DNA from: Pseudoteredinibacter isoporae
GTDB taxonomy: Bacteria > Pseudomonadota > Gammaproteobacteria > Pseudomonadales > Cellvibrionaceae
Assembly: GCF_011602085.1 (NCBI RefSeq)
Contig: NZ_JAAONY010000004.1
Coordinates: 93,472 to 157,471 of the forward strand
Length of the DNA: 64,000 bases
Reading direction: 5' to 3'
The notes under the pieces were generated by a model. That model made no database searches. It was not told the DNA's origin and saw only the letters and a program-made list of their open reading frames with translations. A program made the position numbers and the translations under genes. Positions 36,001 to 43,927 of the stretch are shown here, piece by piece (positions within the stretch are counted from its first letter, which is position 1; each line of letters begins with the position of its first letter).

Positions 36001-38461
36001 CGCCGGACCGCGTTACAAAGAGGGTTATGAAAAGGGCGTTCACGACCACGATGCAGCCTTGTTACTGCGCACCTTGATTCCGGCGTTTGATAGCGCTGAT
36101 CTGCTGGTGTTCGACCCATTGAGTCGAGCACTGGCCCAGGTCTTTTGGGCCAACATCAAAGGTTTGAGTCGCAACAATCGCCAGAACGGGCGAAAGGAAG
36201 AACGAAAGGAGCAGCAAAAGCAGGCGGCCATTTCCTACACCAGCTGGCCCGAGCGTGCGCAATCGGCGTTGCAGATGGCATCCATATTCCGAAGTCGTGA
36301 AGCCATGGAGCTGCTGTCAGAAGAGGTGGCCAACTCCATGCGCGATTTTGTTGAGCAGCATCCTTTGCCGGTCAGTGAGCTGGATATGCGTCGCGCTGCG
36401 GATTACCTGGTAGCCGAGTTGGGGCGTGAACAAATCGAATTTATTGGCAGCAAATACGCCGTACAGTTGGCCGAAGAGCTCAAACGTTCGATGAATGATG
36501 AAACCTGGCGTCGTTATCAGATGGCGCTGGAAAAGATGATCGGCTGGCCGGCCGAGCGTTGGAATTTAACCGCCGCTTGGTTGCAGGCGCTGGTAGATGA
36601 AAAACAGTTATCGTCTTTGGAGAGTTATATTCCTGAAGCTGTTGCATTGATTAATGCTGATGAGCGTTTGGATCGCCGTTTAAGTGAAGTGGATCTGGAA
36701 CTCAAGATTGAAGGCTTGATGGGAGATCATGCCATCATCGAAGATCGAAGCCTGTCTTTCGGCCTGGATGCTTTTCTTTTGAAGCTGGAGCGTCATCGCT
36801 TTGAGGTCGTACCAGCCTATCACCGTTACCTGGATCTGCGGCAGGATATCATTCGCAGTGAGCGGGATATGTTGCGCTTGGAAGAGTTTAAGGCGCGCCC
36901 ATTAAGCTCGTTTGTGCGCAACCGTTTAATCAATGAATCTTATTTGCCACTGATTGGTGATAACCTTGCCAAGCAGATGGGTACGGTGGGCGACAGTAAG
37001 CGCACCGATCTTATGGGATTGTTGATGATGATCTCTCCTCCAGGTTACGGTAAAACCACCTTGATGGAATATGTGGCCAACCGTTTGGGTTTGATTTTCA
37101 TGAAGATCAATTGTCCCTCACTTGGTCATGAAGTGGTTTCGCTGGACCCGGAACAAGCCCCCAATGCCACGGCACGCAAAGAGTTGGAGAAACTCAATCT
37201 CGGCTTGGAAATGGGCAATAATGTCATGTTGTATCTCGATGATATTCAGCATACCGATCCGGAATTTCTCCAGAAGTTTATCTCACTGTGTGACGGCACT
37301 CGTAGGGTTGACGGCGTGTGGAAGGGTAAAACCAAAACCTACGATATGCGAGGACGCAAGTTCTGTGTGGTGATGGCGGGTAACCCGTATACCGAATCCG
37401 GTGAAGCGTTTAAGATTCCTGATATGCTTGCGAACCGTGCGGATATCTACAACCTCGGTGATATTCTTGGGGGGATGGACGAACAATTTGCGCTCAGCTA
37501 TATCGAAAACTCCCTGACCTCCAATCCGGTTCTGGCGCCGCTGGCTGTGCGGGATATGGATGATGTTTACAAGCTCATTGATCTGGCCAAGGGAGCCAAT
37601 GTCCCCACTACGGATCTGAGTCATCAATACAGTGGTGCTGAAATCAATGAAATCACCGAAGTCTTCAAGAAGATGATGGTGATTCAGGATGTTGTGCTCA
37701 AAATCAACAAGCAGTACATCGCGTCGGCAGCTCAAAATGATAAGTACCGTACTGAGCCGGCGTTCAAACTGCAGGGAAGCTACCGAAACATGAACAAGAT
37801 GACCGAAAAGCTATCGGCGGTCATGAACGAGAAGGAACTGATGCAGCTGATAGCGGATCACTATCTGGGTGAAGCCCAGCTGTTGACCACCGGCGCTGAA
37901 GACAACCTTTTGAAGTTGGCGGAGTTGCGCGGCAATATCACGGAAACACAGAGTGCCCGTTGGGAGCAGATCAAAAAGGACTACATGCGCAATAAATCCA
38001 TGGGCGGCGATGATGCCGATACCGGCGCCCGAGTCGTTGCGCAATTGTCAGACCTGGTTGAAAGCGTTCAGGGCTTATCACAACATGCCGCTGAAAACGG
38101 GGCTAAGGCAGAGTCAAAGCCTGAATCTAAACCTAAGCCAGAGCCTGAACTGAAGCCTCAGAACGACAACAGCGAAAAGCTCATGCAGCTTATGGAGGAA
38201 CTCACCGAAGCCGTAAGGCAGTCGAAGCCATCTGTTCAGGTGGTCAATGAGCCAGTGCCGGGAATCAACAAGCTTTTGTCGGCCCTTGCGCAGACCATTG
38301 AACACAGCATTTCGCCGCTGGTGCGCAGTATGGATAAAAAACTGGATATCGATTTGCGAACCCATGACAAAATGCGTGATATTTCCGAGCAGTTGCGCAA
38401 TCTGGAGTCAGAATTTTCAGGCAAAGCTGAGTCGGCCAATCCGGATGATCCGGTTGTTTAA
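33083..38461 (+). CDS. Giant (1792 aa) soluble protein with single classical AAA ATPase module; N-terminal beta-rich domain, long helical/coiled-coil middle, acidic KPE-repeat tail; family not recognised
   Basis: Uninterrupted 5.4-kb ORF with ATG at 33083. Walker A PPGYGKTT (37037-37060). Walker B VMLYLDDIQH (Asp-Asp at 37238-37243). Sensor-1 VVMAGNPY (Asn at 37382-37384). Arg-finger-like IPDMLANRADIY. No signal peptide or TM. C-terminal AESKPESKPKPEPELKPQ low-complexity stretch. Intrinsic terminator directly downstream. Confidence 0.8.
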   Translation: MQKENQMVEQVQSTDLVDNAVAEGGAYEIIKKRLLEQGKQLDAKIQTLNQSRLEEFGSSDMNVAARVRVRTENNCIARDIVQIGDHLLFAYNVFIGLKKETKVEDVFALFDVKEGTDGVEMTPVSLEGSFLKEASFLSDFEELYRYYKHTKLIQLIIKDGKLLAGFQIGERLEDIRVFRWSVSHDGKTVQYIDNRGERDIQLPPSYDFEWIETDRENAVHGRHPHINILDTVFVETVGGDLTIKIENNTEDGLGIYRETVEDKTQSLDDAEIAYAAVGSLILIKVRPYREDNRRYFIYNTLTEEVLRVDAIGESCVQLPEDHGLIFPGGYYLQTGEFKHFDEETEGLKFKRKIRSPNGEDMLYVFYQPEDGVVGLFSYNLIEKALQNPIYGHGYALAENGRLVIFSAEVEPTRVHPMQIWETPFESAEYASKAPASQSFLGRIGNAELVRGVSDLYSICRMINNQSVSARLYEELEKSAKKIFDDHYWIEESETQDIAAVLKEISSTSELVIDEFEKVQSIQQQSARSMLEAEQQQEALLQSVRPENWDNAEEYVNALAQLRRQRGHLVTMRSLRYIDLEKIGKLDEELQSVEENLTERTVEFLSDEQALEPYLHKIDDLNKQVDGAETIAVLEPLIETIESTAEGLDLLSELIGTLKVDDATIRTRIIDSISMVYSKLNQSKASAKHKQKSLGSSEAIAQFSAQFKLFSQSITNALGVSSTPEKCDEQLSRLLVQLEELESQYSEYDQFLADIMDKREEIYESFEGHKQQLLDARQRKAQSVSDAASRILGSIEKRSLKFTEADELNTYFASDALVMKIREQVEQLRELDAAVKADDVEAKLKAIQEQALRSLRDKTDIYEDGGNVIKLGPRHKFSVNTQELDLTIIPRDGHLNVHLTGTDYYEVIEHPELMALREFWGMGLESETPEVYRAEYLASLILDAAKHQQHDLSMPILKAALNKEGELDRVVREFAGPRYKEGYEKGVHDHDAALLLRTLIPAFDSADLLVFDPLSRALAQVFWANIKGLSRNNRQNGRKEERKEQQKQAAISYTSWPERAQSALQMASIFRSREAMELLSEEVANSMRDFVEQHPLPVSELDMRRAADYLVAELGREQIEFIGSKYAVQLAEELKRSMNDETWRRYQMALEKMIGWPAERWNLTAAWLQALVDEKQLSSLESYIPEAVALINADERLDRRLSEVDLELKIEGLMGDHAIIEDRSLSFGLDAFLLKLERHRFEVVPAYHRYLDLRQDIIRSERDMLRLEEFKARPLSSFVRNRLINESYLPLIGDNLAKQMGTVGDSKRTDLMGLLMMISPPGYGKTTLMEYVANRLGLIFMKINCPSLGHEVVSLDPEQAPNATARKELEKLNLGLEMGNNVMLYLDDIQHTDPEFLQKFISLCDGTRRVDGVWKGKTKTYDMRGRKFCVVMAGNPYTESGEAFKIPDMLANRADIYNLGDILGGMDEQFALSYIENSLTSNPVLAPLAVRDMDDVYKLIDLAKGANVPTTDLSHQYSGAEINEITEVFKKMMVIQDVVLKINKQYIASAAQNDKYRTEPAFKLQGSYRNMNKMTEKLSAVMNEKELMQLIADHYLGEAQLLTTGAEDNLLKLAELRGNITETQSARWEQIKKDYMRNKSMGGDDADTGARVVAQLSDLVESVQGLSQHAAENGAKAESKPESKPKPEPELKPQNDNSEKLMQLMEELTEAVRQSKPSVQVVNEPVPGINKLLSALAQTIEHSISPLVRSMDKKLDIDLRTHDKMRDISEQLRNLESEFSGKAESANPDDPVV

Positions 38462-38493
38462 TCTGTTTTCTTTAGCGTTTATCTGGCACAAGT

Positions 38494-38524
38494 AGAAAGA
38501 GGGCATGTCCCTCTTTCTTTATTT
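38494..38524 (+). terminator. Rho-independent terminator after giant AAA gene
   Basis: gaaagaggg-catgt-ccctctttc followed by tttattt, 33 nt after the stop. Confidence 0.8.
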
Positions 38525-38722
38525 GGCGCATTGGATACTTGATCGGCTGAATTTGTATCCCAAAATATGATGATTTTGTATTTTGTTGACGGATATTTTC
38601 TACCCCCTCACACTCATTAGTGCGCACTCAAGCGGTGTTTCATCGCCTGTAAGTCGTGAGCAAAAAGCGAATACTTTTAATAAATACACTATAAAAATAG
38701 CACTGCAAAAGGGGGCAGAGTC

Positions 38723-39478
38723 GTGGGTTTCATTATTCCAAAAAAACGATCCGCTGTTATTGTTTTCTGCATATTCTTTCTCAACGCCTGTTCTGAATCC
38801 TGGGATGGAAAATCAACCGCTGAAGAAATGTACCGCATTTATTTTGAGGGTTTTCCAGGTACGGTGAAAGCCTATGAAGCACATCCGGAGGAAAAGGCTC
38901 GACTTCTGGAGCGCAGTGGGCTCGCTTATGAAAGTGGCGGGCAGGGTGCGGCGGACAGTGCCTTTTTGGAAGAGTTCTGGCGCTTTTTCAGCACACAAAC
39001 CAGATTGAGTATACTGCGTGCTCCGGATGCTGATGTGATTCAGTATGCGCTGGCTCTGGCGAACTGGTTGGATTTCCTCGCCGATAAGTACGGCGCCTCT
39101 TGTCACGATATTGCGCTGAGCGGAAGTGATTTATTGCGATTGGGCTTGGTGTTGGAACACAGCAATACCCAGGGTTTTATCAGCGCCGGTGATAATTTGA
39201 TGTTGAAAGCCGGGCCCAGTAATCGAACACGAGCTTTGGCCAGGGACATGAAGCGACAGTTTGAAAACCTTAAACGGCATCTTCCTGTCGCGATGAACCG
39301 TAAACCCTATGAGATGAAGTTTGTTCTCGATCCATTTACTGCCGAAACCAAAGAGGAAAAACTCCAGGCCTGCCGAAGCTTATCTGCCAGCCTGTATTAC
39401 TTCAGTGCGCCAGAACGCAATAAGGCAACATCGGCAGCTTTTTTACGGAGCTATTTGCAGGGTGAGAATAACCCCTAG
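38723..39478 (+). CDS. Hypothetical lipoprotein
   Basis: GTG start preceded by GGGGG. Signal peptide plus lipobox MGFIIPKKRSAVIVFCIFFLNAC. 251 aa with no recognised domain. Confidence 0.45.
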   Translation: MGFIIPKKRSAVIVFCIFFLNACSESWDGKSTAEEMYRIYFEGFPGTVKAYEAHPEEKARLLERSGLAYESGGQGAADSAFLEEFWRFFSTQTRLSILRAPDADVIQYALALANWLDFLADKYGASCHDIALSGSDLLRLGLVLEHSNTQGFISAGDNLMLKAGPSNRTRALARDMKRQFENLKRHLPVAMNRKPYEMKFVLDPFTAETKEEKLQACRSLSASLYYFSAPERNKATSAAFLRSYLQGENNP

Positions 39479-39507
39479 AATGCCAGCCAATCAAGGCACG
39501 TGGTGGT

Positions 39508-40806
39508 TCAAAACCTACGGTGATCAATCAAGCGTTTGGCTTTTCCCTCGGAGCGAGGAATACTGCATTCCTCGCCGACATTGATTTCGGCGCTGATGCC
39601 AACGATAGCTTTAATGCGTTGTTGTAATTGTTGGGCGCTTTGCTCTCTCACTGCCTGTGGACATTTTGTTGCCAATTCCACTGAGACTTTGACAGCATCA
39701 AGATTGCCTTGTCGGAAAACTTCGATTTGGTAGTGTGGGGCCAGCTCGGGTTGCGCGAGAATTTGTTCTTCAATTTGGCTGGGGAATACGTTTACCCCTC
39801 GAACGATAAACATGTCGTCAGAACGGCCAGTGATTTTGTCCATCCGGCGCATGGTTCTGGCGGTTCCTGGAAGCAAGCGGCTCAAATCCCTTGTGCGATA
39901 ACGAATGATGGGCATGGCCTCTTTGGTAAGGCTGGTGAAGACCAGTTCACCTGAAGCGCCATCGTCTTGTACTCGCCCACTTTCCGGGTGAATAATTTCG
40001 GGATAAAAATGATCTTCCCAAATGGTAGGGCCATCTTTGGTTTCAGAGCATTCCTGGGCAACACCGCCCCCGATGATTTCAGAAAGGCCGTAGATATCCA
40101 GAGCCTGAATTTGCAAACGCTGCTCGATGTTATTGCGCATGGCCTCGGTCCAGGGTTCCGCACCAAAAATGCCAAGTCGCAAATTGAGTTGTTGAACGTT
40201 CGCACCCTGGCGTTCCAGTTCATCAGCAATATTCTGCATGTAGGACGGAGTGACCATAATAATGTCGGGATTAAAGTCCTGAATCAACGTAGCTTGCTTT
40301 TCGGTTTGGCCGCCCGACATGGGAATGACGGTGCAGCCAAGCTTTTCTGCGCCATAGTGTGCGCCGAGGCCGCCGGTAAACAATCCGTAACCATAGGCAA
40401 CATGGATCATATCACCGGGACGGCCACCCGCTGCATAGATAGAGCGCGCCATGATATCAGCCCACATGTCTATATCCGCTTTGGAGTAGCAAACGACAGT
40501 AGGTTTACCCGTCGTGCCACTGGAGGCGTGAACCCGTTGCACTTTGTCTCGCGCAATGGCCAGCATGCCAAAAGGGTAGTTATCCCGCAGATCCGACTTT
40601 TCGGTAAAAGGAAATTTCTGTAAATCCTCCAGATGTTGAAAATCCTGGGGATGCACACCGTGCTGATCAAACTTATCGCGGTAGAAACGGCTGTTCTCAT
40701 AGGCGTGCCATAGGGTATGTGACAGCCGTTGAGTTTGTAAGGCTGTTAACTCGTCCCGGCTTGCAGATTCAACGTCGCTCCACCCGATACCCGATGCTTT
40801 TTTCAT
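39508..40806 (-). CDS. Phenylacetate-CoA ligase (PaaK) / coenzyme F390 synthetase-family adenylating enzyme
   Basis: SSGTTGKPTVV AMP-binding motif, YGLSE, and the typical PaaK N-terminus (WSDVESASRDELTALQTQRL). 432 aa. ATG at 40806. Confidence 0.8.
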   Translation of the reverse strand: MKKASGIGWSDVESASRDELTALQTQRLSHTLWHAYENSRFYRDKFDQHGVHPQDFQHLEDLQKFPFTEKSDLRDNYPFGMLAIARDKVQRVHASSGTTGKPTVVCYSKADIDMWADIMARSIYAAGGRPGDMIHVAYGYGLFTGGLGAHYGAEKLGCTVIPMSGGQTEKQATLIQDFNPDIIMVTPSYMQNIADELERQGANVQQLNLRLGIFGAEPWTEAMRNNIEQRLQIQALDIYGLSEIIGGGVAQECSETKDGPTIWEDHFYPEIIHPESGRVQDDGASGELVFTSLTKEAMPIIRYRTRDLSRLLPGTARTMRRMDKITGRSDDMFIVRGVNVFPSQIEEQILAQPELAPHYQIEVFRQGNLDAVKVSVELATKCPQAVREQSAQQLQQRIKAIVGISAEINVGEECSIPRSEGKAKRLIDHRRF

Positions 40807-40874
40807 AAGTGCTCCTGATCGCTAAAGGCTATCAATCAATCCCCGTACCTGACTCTTGAGCCTTGAGCTGACTC

Positions 40875-41162
40875 CTAAACCGGATCGACTTTGTGCATAT
40901 CCACCGATTGAATCATGCCCTCTGTGGTAGCCAGATAAGCTGCCATATGATCGGAGTTGGCGTGGGCAAGAAACGCGGTTTTGTCCTTATAGCATTCCTG
41001 CACATAGAACATATGGGGTACTTTACGATCCTGGTAAAACTGATAGCGAATACAGCCGGCTTCCTGATGTGTCAGGGCCTGGGCCTTACGCATTTCAGCC
41101 TTGAGTTCTTCAATGTGTTCTTCCTTCGCGCTGACGCGCACCAATAGGTTAACTTCGCTCAT
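40875..41162 (-). CDS. Antibiotic-biosynthesis-monooxygenase (ABM) family protein (YgiN-like)
   Basis: About 95 aa from an internal ATG (MSEVNLLVRV...), with an ABM ferredoxin-like fold pattern. The track ORF begins at an upstream TTG. Exact start is uncertain by a few bases. Confidence 0.6.
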   Translation of the reverse strand: MSEVNLLVRVSAKEEHIEELKAEMRKAQALTHQEAGCIRYQFYQDRKVPHMFYVQECYKDKTAFLAHANSDHMAAYLATTEGMIQSVDMHKVDPV

Positions 41163-41588
41163 GGTCTTCTCTCTTGCTCCTTTCTGTTGCTTCTCTTTCT
41201 GGGCCCTCTCTTGGGCATAAACAGTGGTATTTATATTATTGATCGATCGTTCGATCAATAATATGGTTTGCTTGAATCAATAGCAAGTCCTGGAAATAGG
41301 CGCACCCTGTGGGTGGCTCGTTTGATGGGGTGAGATGACAAGAGAGTTTTGATGGCTGTCGCAAATCCGATTTGATATTTCACGGCAAGTACGACTTTAG
41401 GCTTAACTGAAATCAGGATTACTGATAACCTACGCCCCTAAAAACTATTTAGCCTGATGTAAAAGGTGGTCAGCTGTTTAAGCGGGCCACTACTGAAATT
41501 TCAAAACTGCTGCACTGTCGCCACATAGGTACAAGCCGTAATGTGGGTGAGAGGCAAATGCAGTACGTAATAACAGGTTAAATAGCGC

Positions 41589-42275
41589 ATGAACCCTCCA
41601 AATATTCTGATTGTAGAAGATGACAAAAATCTGAATTGTCAGTTATCGGAATTGCTTTCCAGTAAAGGTTATTCAACAGAGCAATGCTTCGACGGCGACG
41701 ATGGATTGCTGCGTGCTGTGTCTGGTGGTCACCAGCTTATCTTGTTGGATGTCATGCTGCCTAAGCGAGATGGCTTTTCGTTTATGGATATTCTTCGCGA
41801 GTATTGTCAGACCCCTGTCATCATGTTGACGGCCTGCGGTGCGGAAGAAGAGCGAATTCGAGGTTTTAACCATGGTGTGGATGACTATCTCTCGAAACCG
41901 TTTAACACCACTGAATTGATTCTAAGAATTGAGGCGTTGCTGAGGCGATGCCTTGGGGAAACAGCGCCTAAAAGCCGGGATAAACTCTCTCTTGATGGAT
42001 TGCTATTGTCGAGAACCGAGCAGTTGGCGAGCGTGAACGGCTCCGAGCTGGATCTGACACAGGCACAGTTTAATTTGCTTTGGAGTCTGCTGCTTCACAA
42101 GGACCAGGTTCTCAGTAAACCCTATCTCTATCAAATTGTTTTAAAACGCAGCTTTGGAGCACATGATCGCAGTTTGGATATGCACCTAAGTCGGCTTAGA
42201 AGAAAGCTGGACAATGCCGGTTGGTGTGGTGACAGACTCAGTTCCGTGCAGGGCCAAGGTTATTATCTCTCATGA
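41589..42275 (+). CDS. OmpR-family response regulator
   Basis: ILIVEDD...LILLDVMLPKRDGFSF receiver domain plus a winged-helix C-terminus. ATG at 41589. Confidence 0.9.
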   Translation: MNPPNILIVEDDKNLNCQLSELLSSKGYSTEQCFDGDDGLLRAVSGGHQLILLDVMLPKRDGFSFMDILREYCQTPVIMLTACGAEEERIRGFNHGVDDYLSKPFNTTELILRIEALLRRCLGETAPKSRDKLSLDGLLLSRTEQLASVNGSELDLTQAQFNLLWSLLLHKDQVLSKPYLYQIVLKRSFGAHDRSLDMHLSRLRRKLDNAGWCGDRLSSVQGQGYYLS

Positions 42276-43627
42276 ATCGTCGTTTATTCTGGAAGCTGTG
42301 TCTGATCATCGTTACGGGCACTGTAGCGTTTTTCTATGCGATTTATATGCTCACGTCTCGTACTGAGGAGGGCATGAGTTATCTCGCTGAAAATGATCAG
42401 GAGCAACTTATCGCTTGGGGTCGGGAAGCGGAAGCATTGTACTTCGCTGGCGATCAGGAAGCATTGATTGCCTGGCTTGACACTTTGATGGAGCGGGAAA
42501 ATACCTGGGCAGCGGTGGTGGAGTCGAAGCTTCATTCAATCGCCAATCATCCTGATGATCAACGATATTATAAATCTTTCAGGCTGGGCCGCAGCGTTCG
42601 TTGGAAGATCCATTTGTACTTTAAAACCAATCCGGTGATGGAAGTAACTTTCAAGAACCGCAGTACGCATTTTCTAATCAGGTTGCCCCAAAGAATGCGG
42701 CCTGGTGTCTACTGGGGGCAAGCCAGAATTATCTTGCAAATTGTTGTACCGATGCTGCTTCTGGCGATCGTCGCCATCATTCTCTATCGGCACATTATGG
42801 GCCCATTACGACAATTACAGCTTGCTACTCGATCTTTTTCCCAAGGACAATTTGATGTGCAGGTGAGTCAGCGGCTTGGCAATCGAAAGGACGAGCTGGC
42901 GGAGTTGGCTAACACCTTCGACCAGATGGCAAGTCGAATTGGGGAGATGATTATCAGTCAGCGTCAACTGATTGCCGATATGTCGCATGAGCTGCGTACG
43001 CCACTTGCTCGCCTGGATGTTGCGGTGGAAATGCTCAGATGTGATCCTGCCAATGAAAGCTGTATTGATCGAGTAGAACACGAATCGCAACAAATCCGGA
43101 AGTTGATGGAAGATACCCTGACTCTGGCCTGGCTCGACAATGAGAGACCGAGTTTGAATCAGGAGGATCTGGATTTGGTTGATCTTTTGGATGTTGTTAT
43201 TCGGGATGCACGCTTTGAATTTCCAGATCGTGAAATAGCGGCGAACTTCCCAGAATATGCACCTCTAGAGAAATCCAACAATCGATCACTGGGGCAGGCG
43301 TTGGAAAATATCATTCGTAACGCCATGCGTTTTACGCCTCCCGGACGCTGTGTGAATGTCTCCATTCAACAGCACTCGCGGGAGTATCAGATTAATGTTG
43401 CGGATGAAGGGCCAGGTGTCGCTGAGGATTTGCTCGATAAAATCTTTCGGCCTTTTTTCCGTGAAGATCGAGCACGTTCCAGTTCCCATAATAGCTTTGG
43501 CTTAGGCTTGGCACTGGCAAAGCGCCAGATTGAGGCTGTTGGTGGTCAGGTGCTGGCGCGTAATCGTGACGTTGGTGGTCTGCAGGTAGAAATCTATTTA
43601 CCCATTCAGCAAGCTTCCAGTGAGTAA
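42272..43627 (+). CDS. Sensor histidine kinase (periplasmic sensor, HAMP, HisKA, HATPase_c), partner of RR
   Basis: ATG overlaps the RR stop (ATGA). Two TM helices flank a periplasmic domain of about 130 aa. H-box MSHELRTPLARL. G-boxes DEGPGV and GLGLALAKRQ. Confidence 0.9.
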   Translation: MNRRLFWKLCLIIVTGTVAFFYAIYMLTSRTEEGMSYLAENDQEQLIAWGREAEALYFAGDQEALIAWLDTLMERENTWAAVVESKLHSIANHPDDQRYYKSFRLGRSVRWKIHLYFKTNPVMEVTFKNRSTHFLIRLPQRMRPGVYWGQARIILQIVVPMLLLAIVAIILYRHIMGPLRQLQLATRSFSQGQFDVQVSQRLGNRKDELAELANTFDQMASRIGEMIISQRQLIADMSHELRTPLARLDVAVEMLRCDPANESCIDRVEHESQQIRKLMEDTLTLAWLDNERPSLNQEDLDLVDLLDVVIRDARFEFPDREIAANFPEYAPLEKSNNRSLGQALENIIRNAMRFTPPGRCVNVSIQQHSREYQINVADEGPGVAEDLLDKIFRPFFREDRARSSSHNSFGLGLALAKRQIEAVGGQVLARNRDVGGLQVEIYLPIQQASSE

Positions 43628-43927
43628 TAGCAAGCTTGCAATGATCATAACAATCAGTGCTCGGGGCTGATAACTGAGTGCTATGGAGATCAACAGACTC
43701 GCAAAGGTAATGCTCGCAACATAATACACCGTACCTAAGGCGATGCCGTGAGCGGCGAATACAAAGTAGCCCGAGAAAACCAAACAGGGCCAAGCGAGCA
43801 GCTTGTACCATCCGCCGCGAACATCTATCTGGAAATTGAAATTGGCATAAACCTGTTTTTGGTGACGCTTATCGACCATAGATAAGGCAATCAGCCCCAG
43901 TAGCATAAACAGAAAAGCAAGCATCAT
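43598..43927 (-). CDS. DUF3325-family small membrane protein (second copy)
   Basis: 109 aa with 3 TM. Its ATG overlaps the PepSY gene stop (ATGA). Its 3' end overlaps the convergent HK gene by 30 bp. Confidence 0.5.
   Translation of the reverse strand: MMLAFLFMLLGLIALSMVDKRHQKQVYANFNFQIDVRGGWYKLLAWPCLVFSGYFVFAAHGIALGTVYYVASITFASLLISIALSYQPRALIVMIIASLLLLTGSLLNG

Noticed and set aside
38095-38170. Nucleotide-level repeat (aagcctgaatctaaacctaagccagagcctgaactgaagcct) suspected as a tandem or CRISPR-like repeat
   Set aside because: It is an imperfect codon-level repetition encoding the KPE low-complexity tail of the giant protein. It is not a spaced direct-repeat array.
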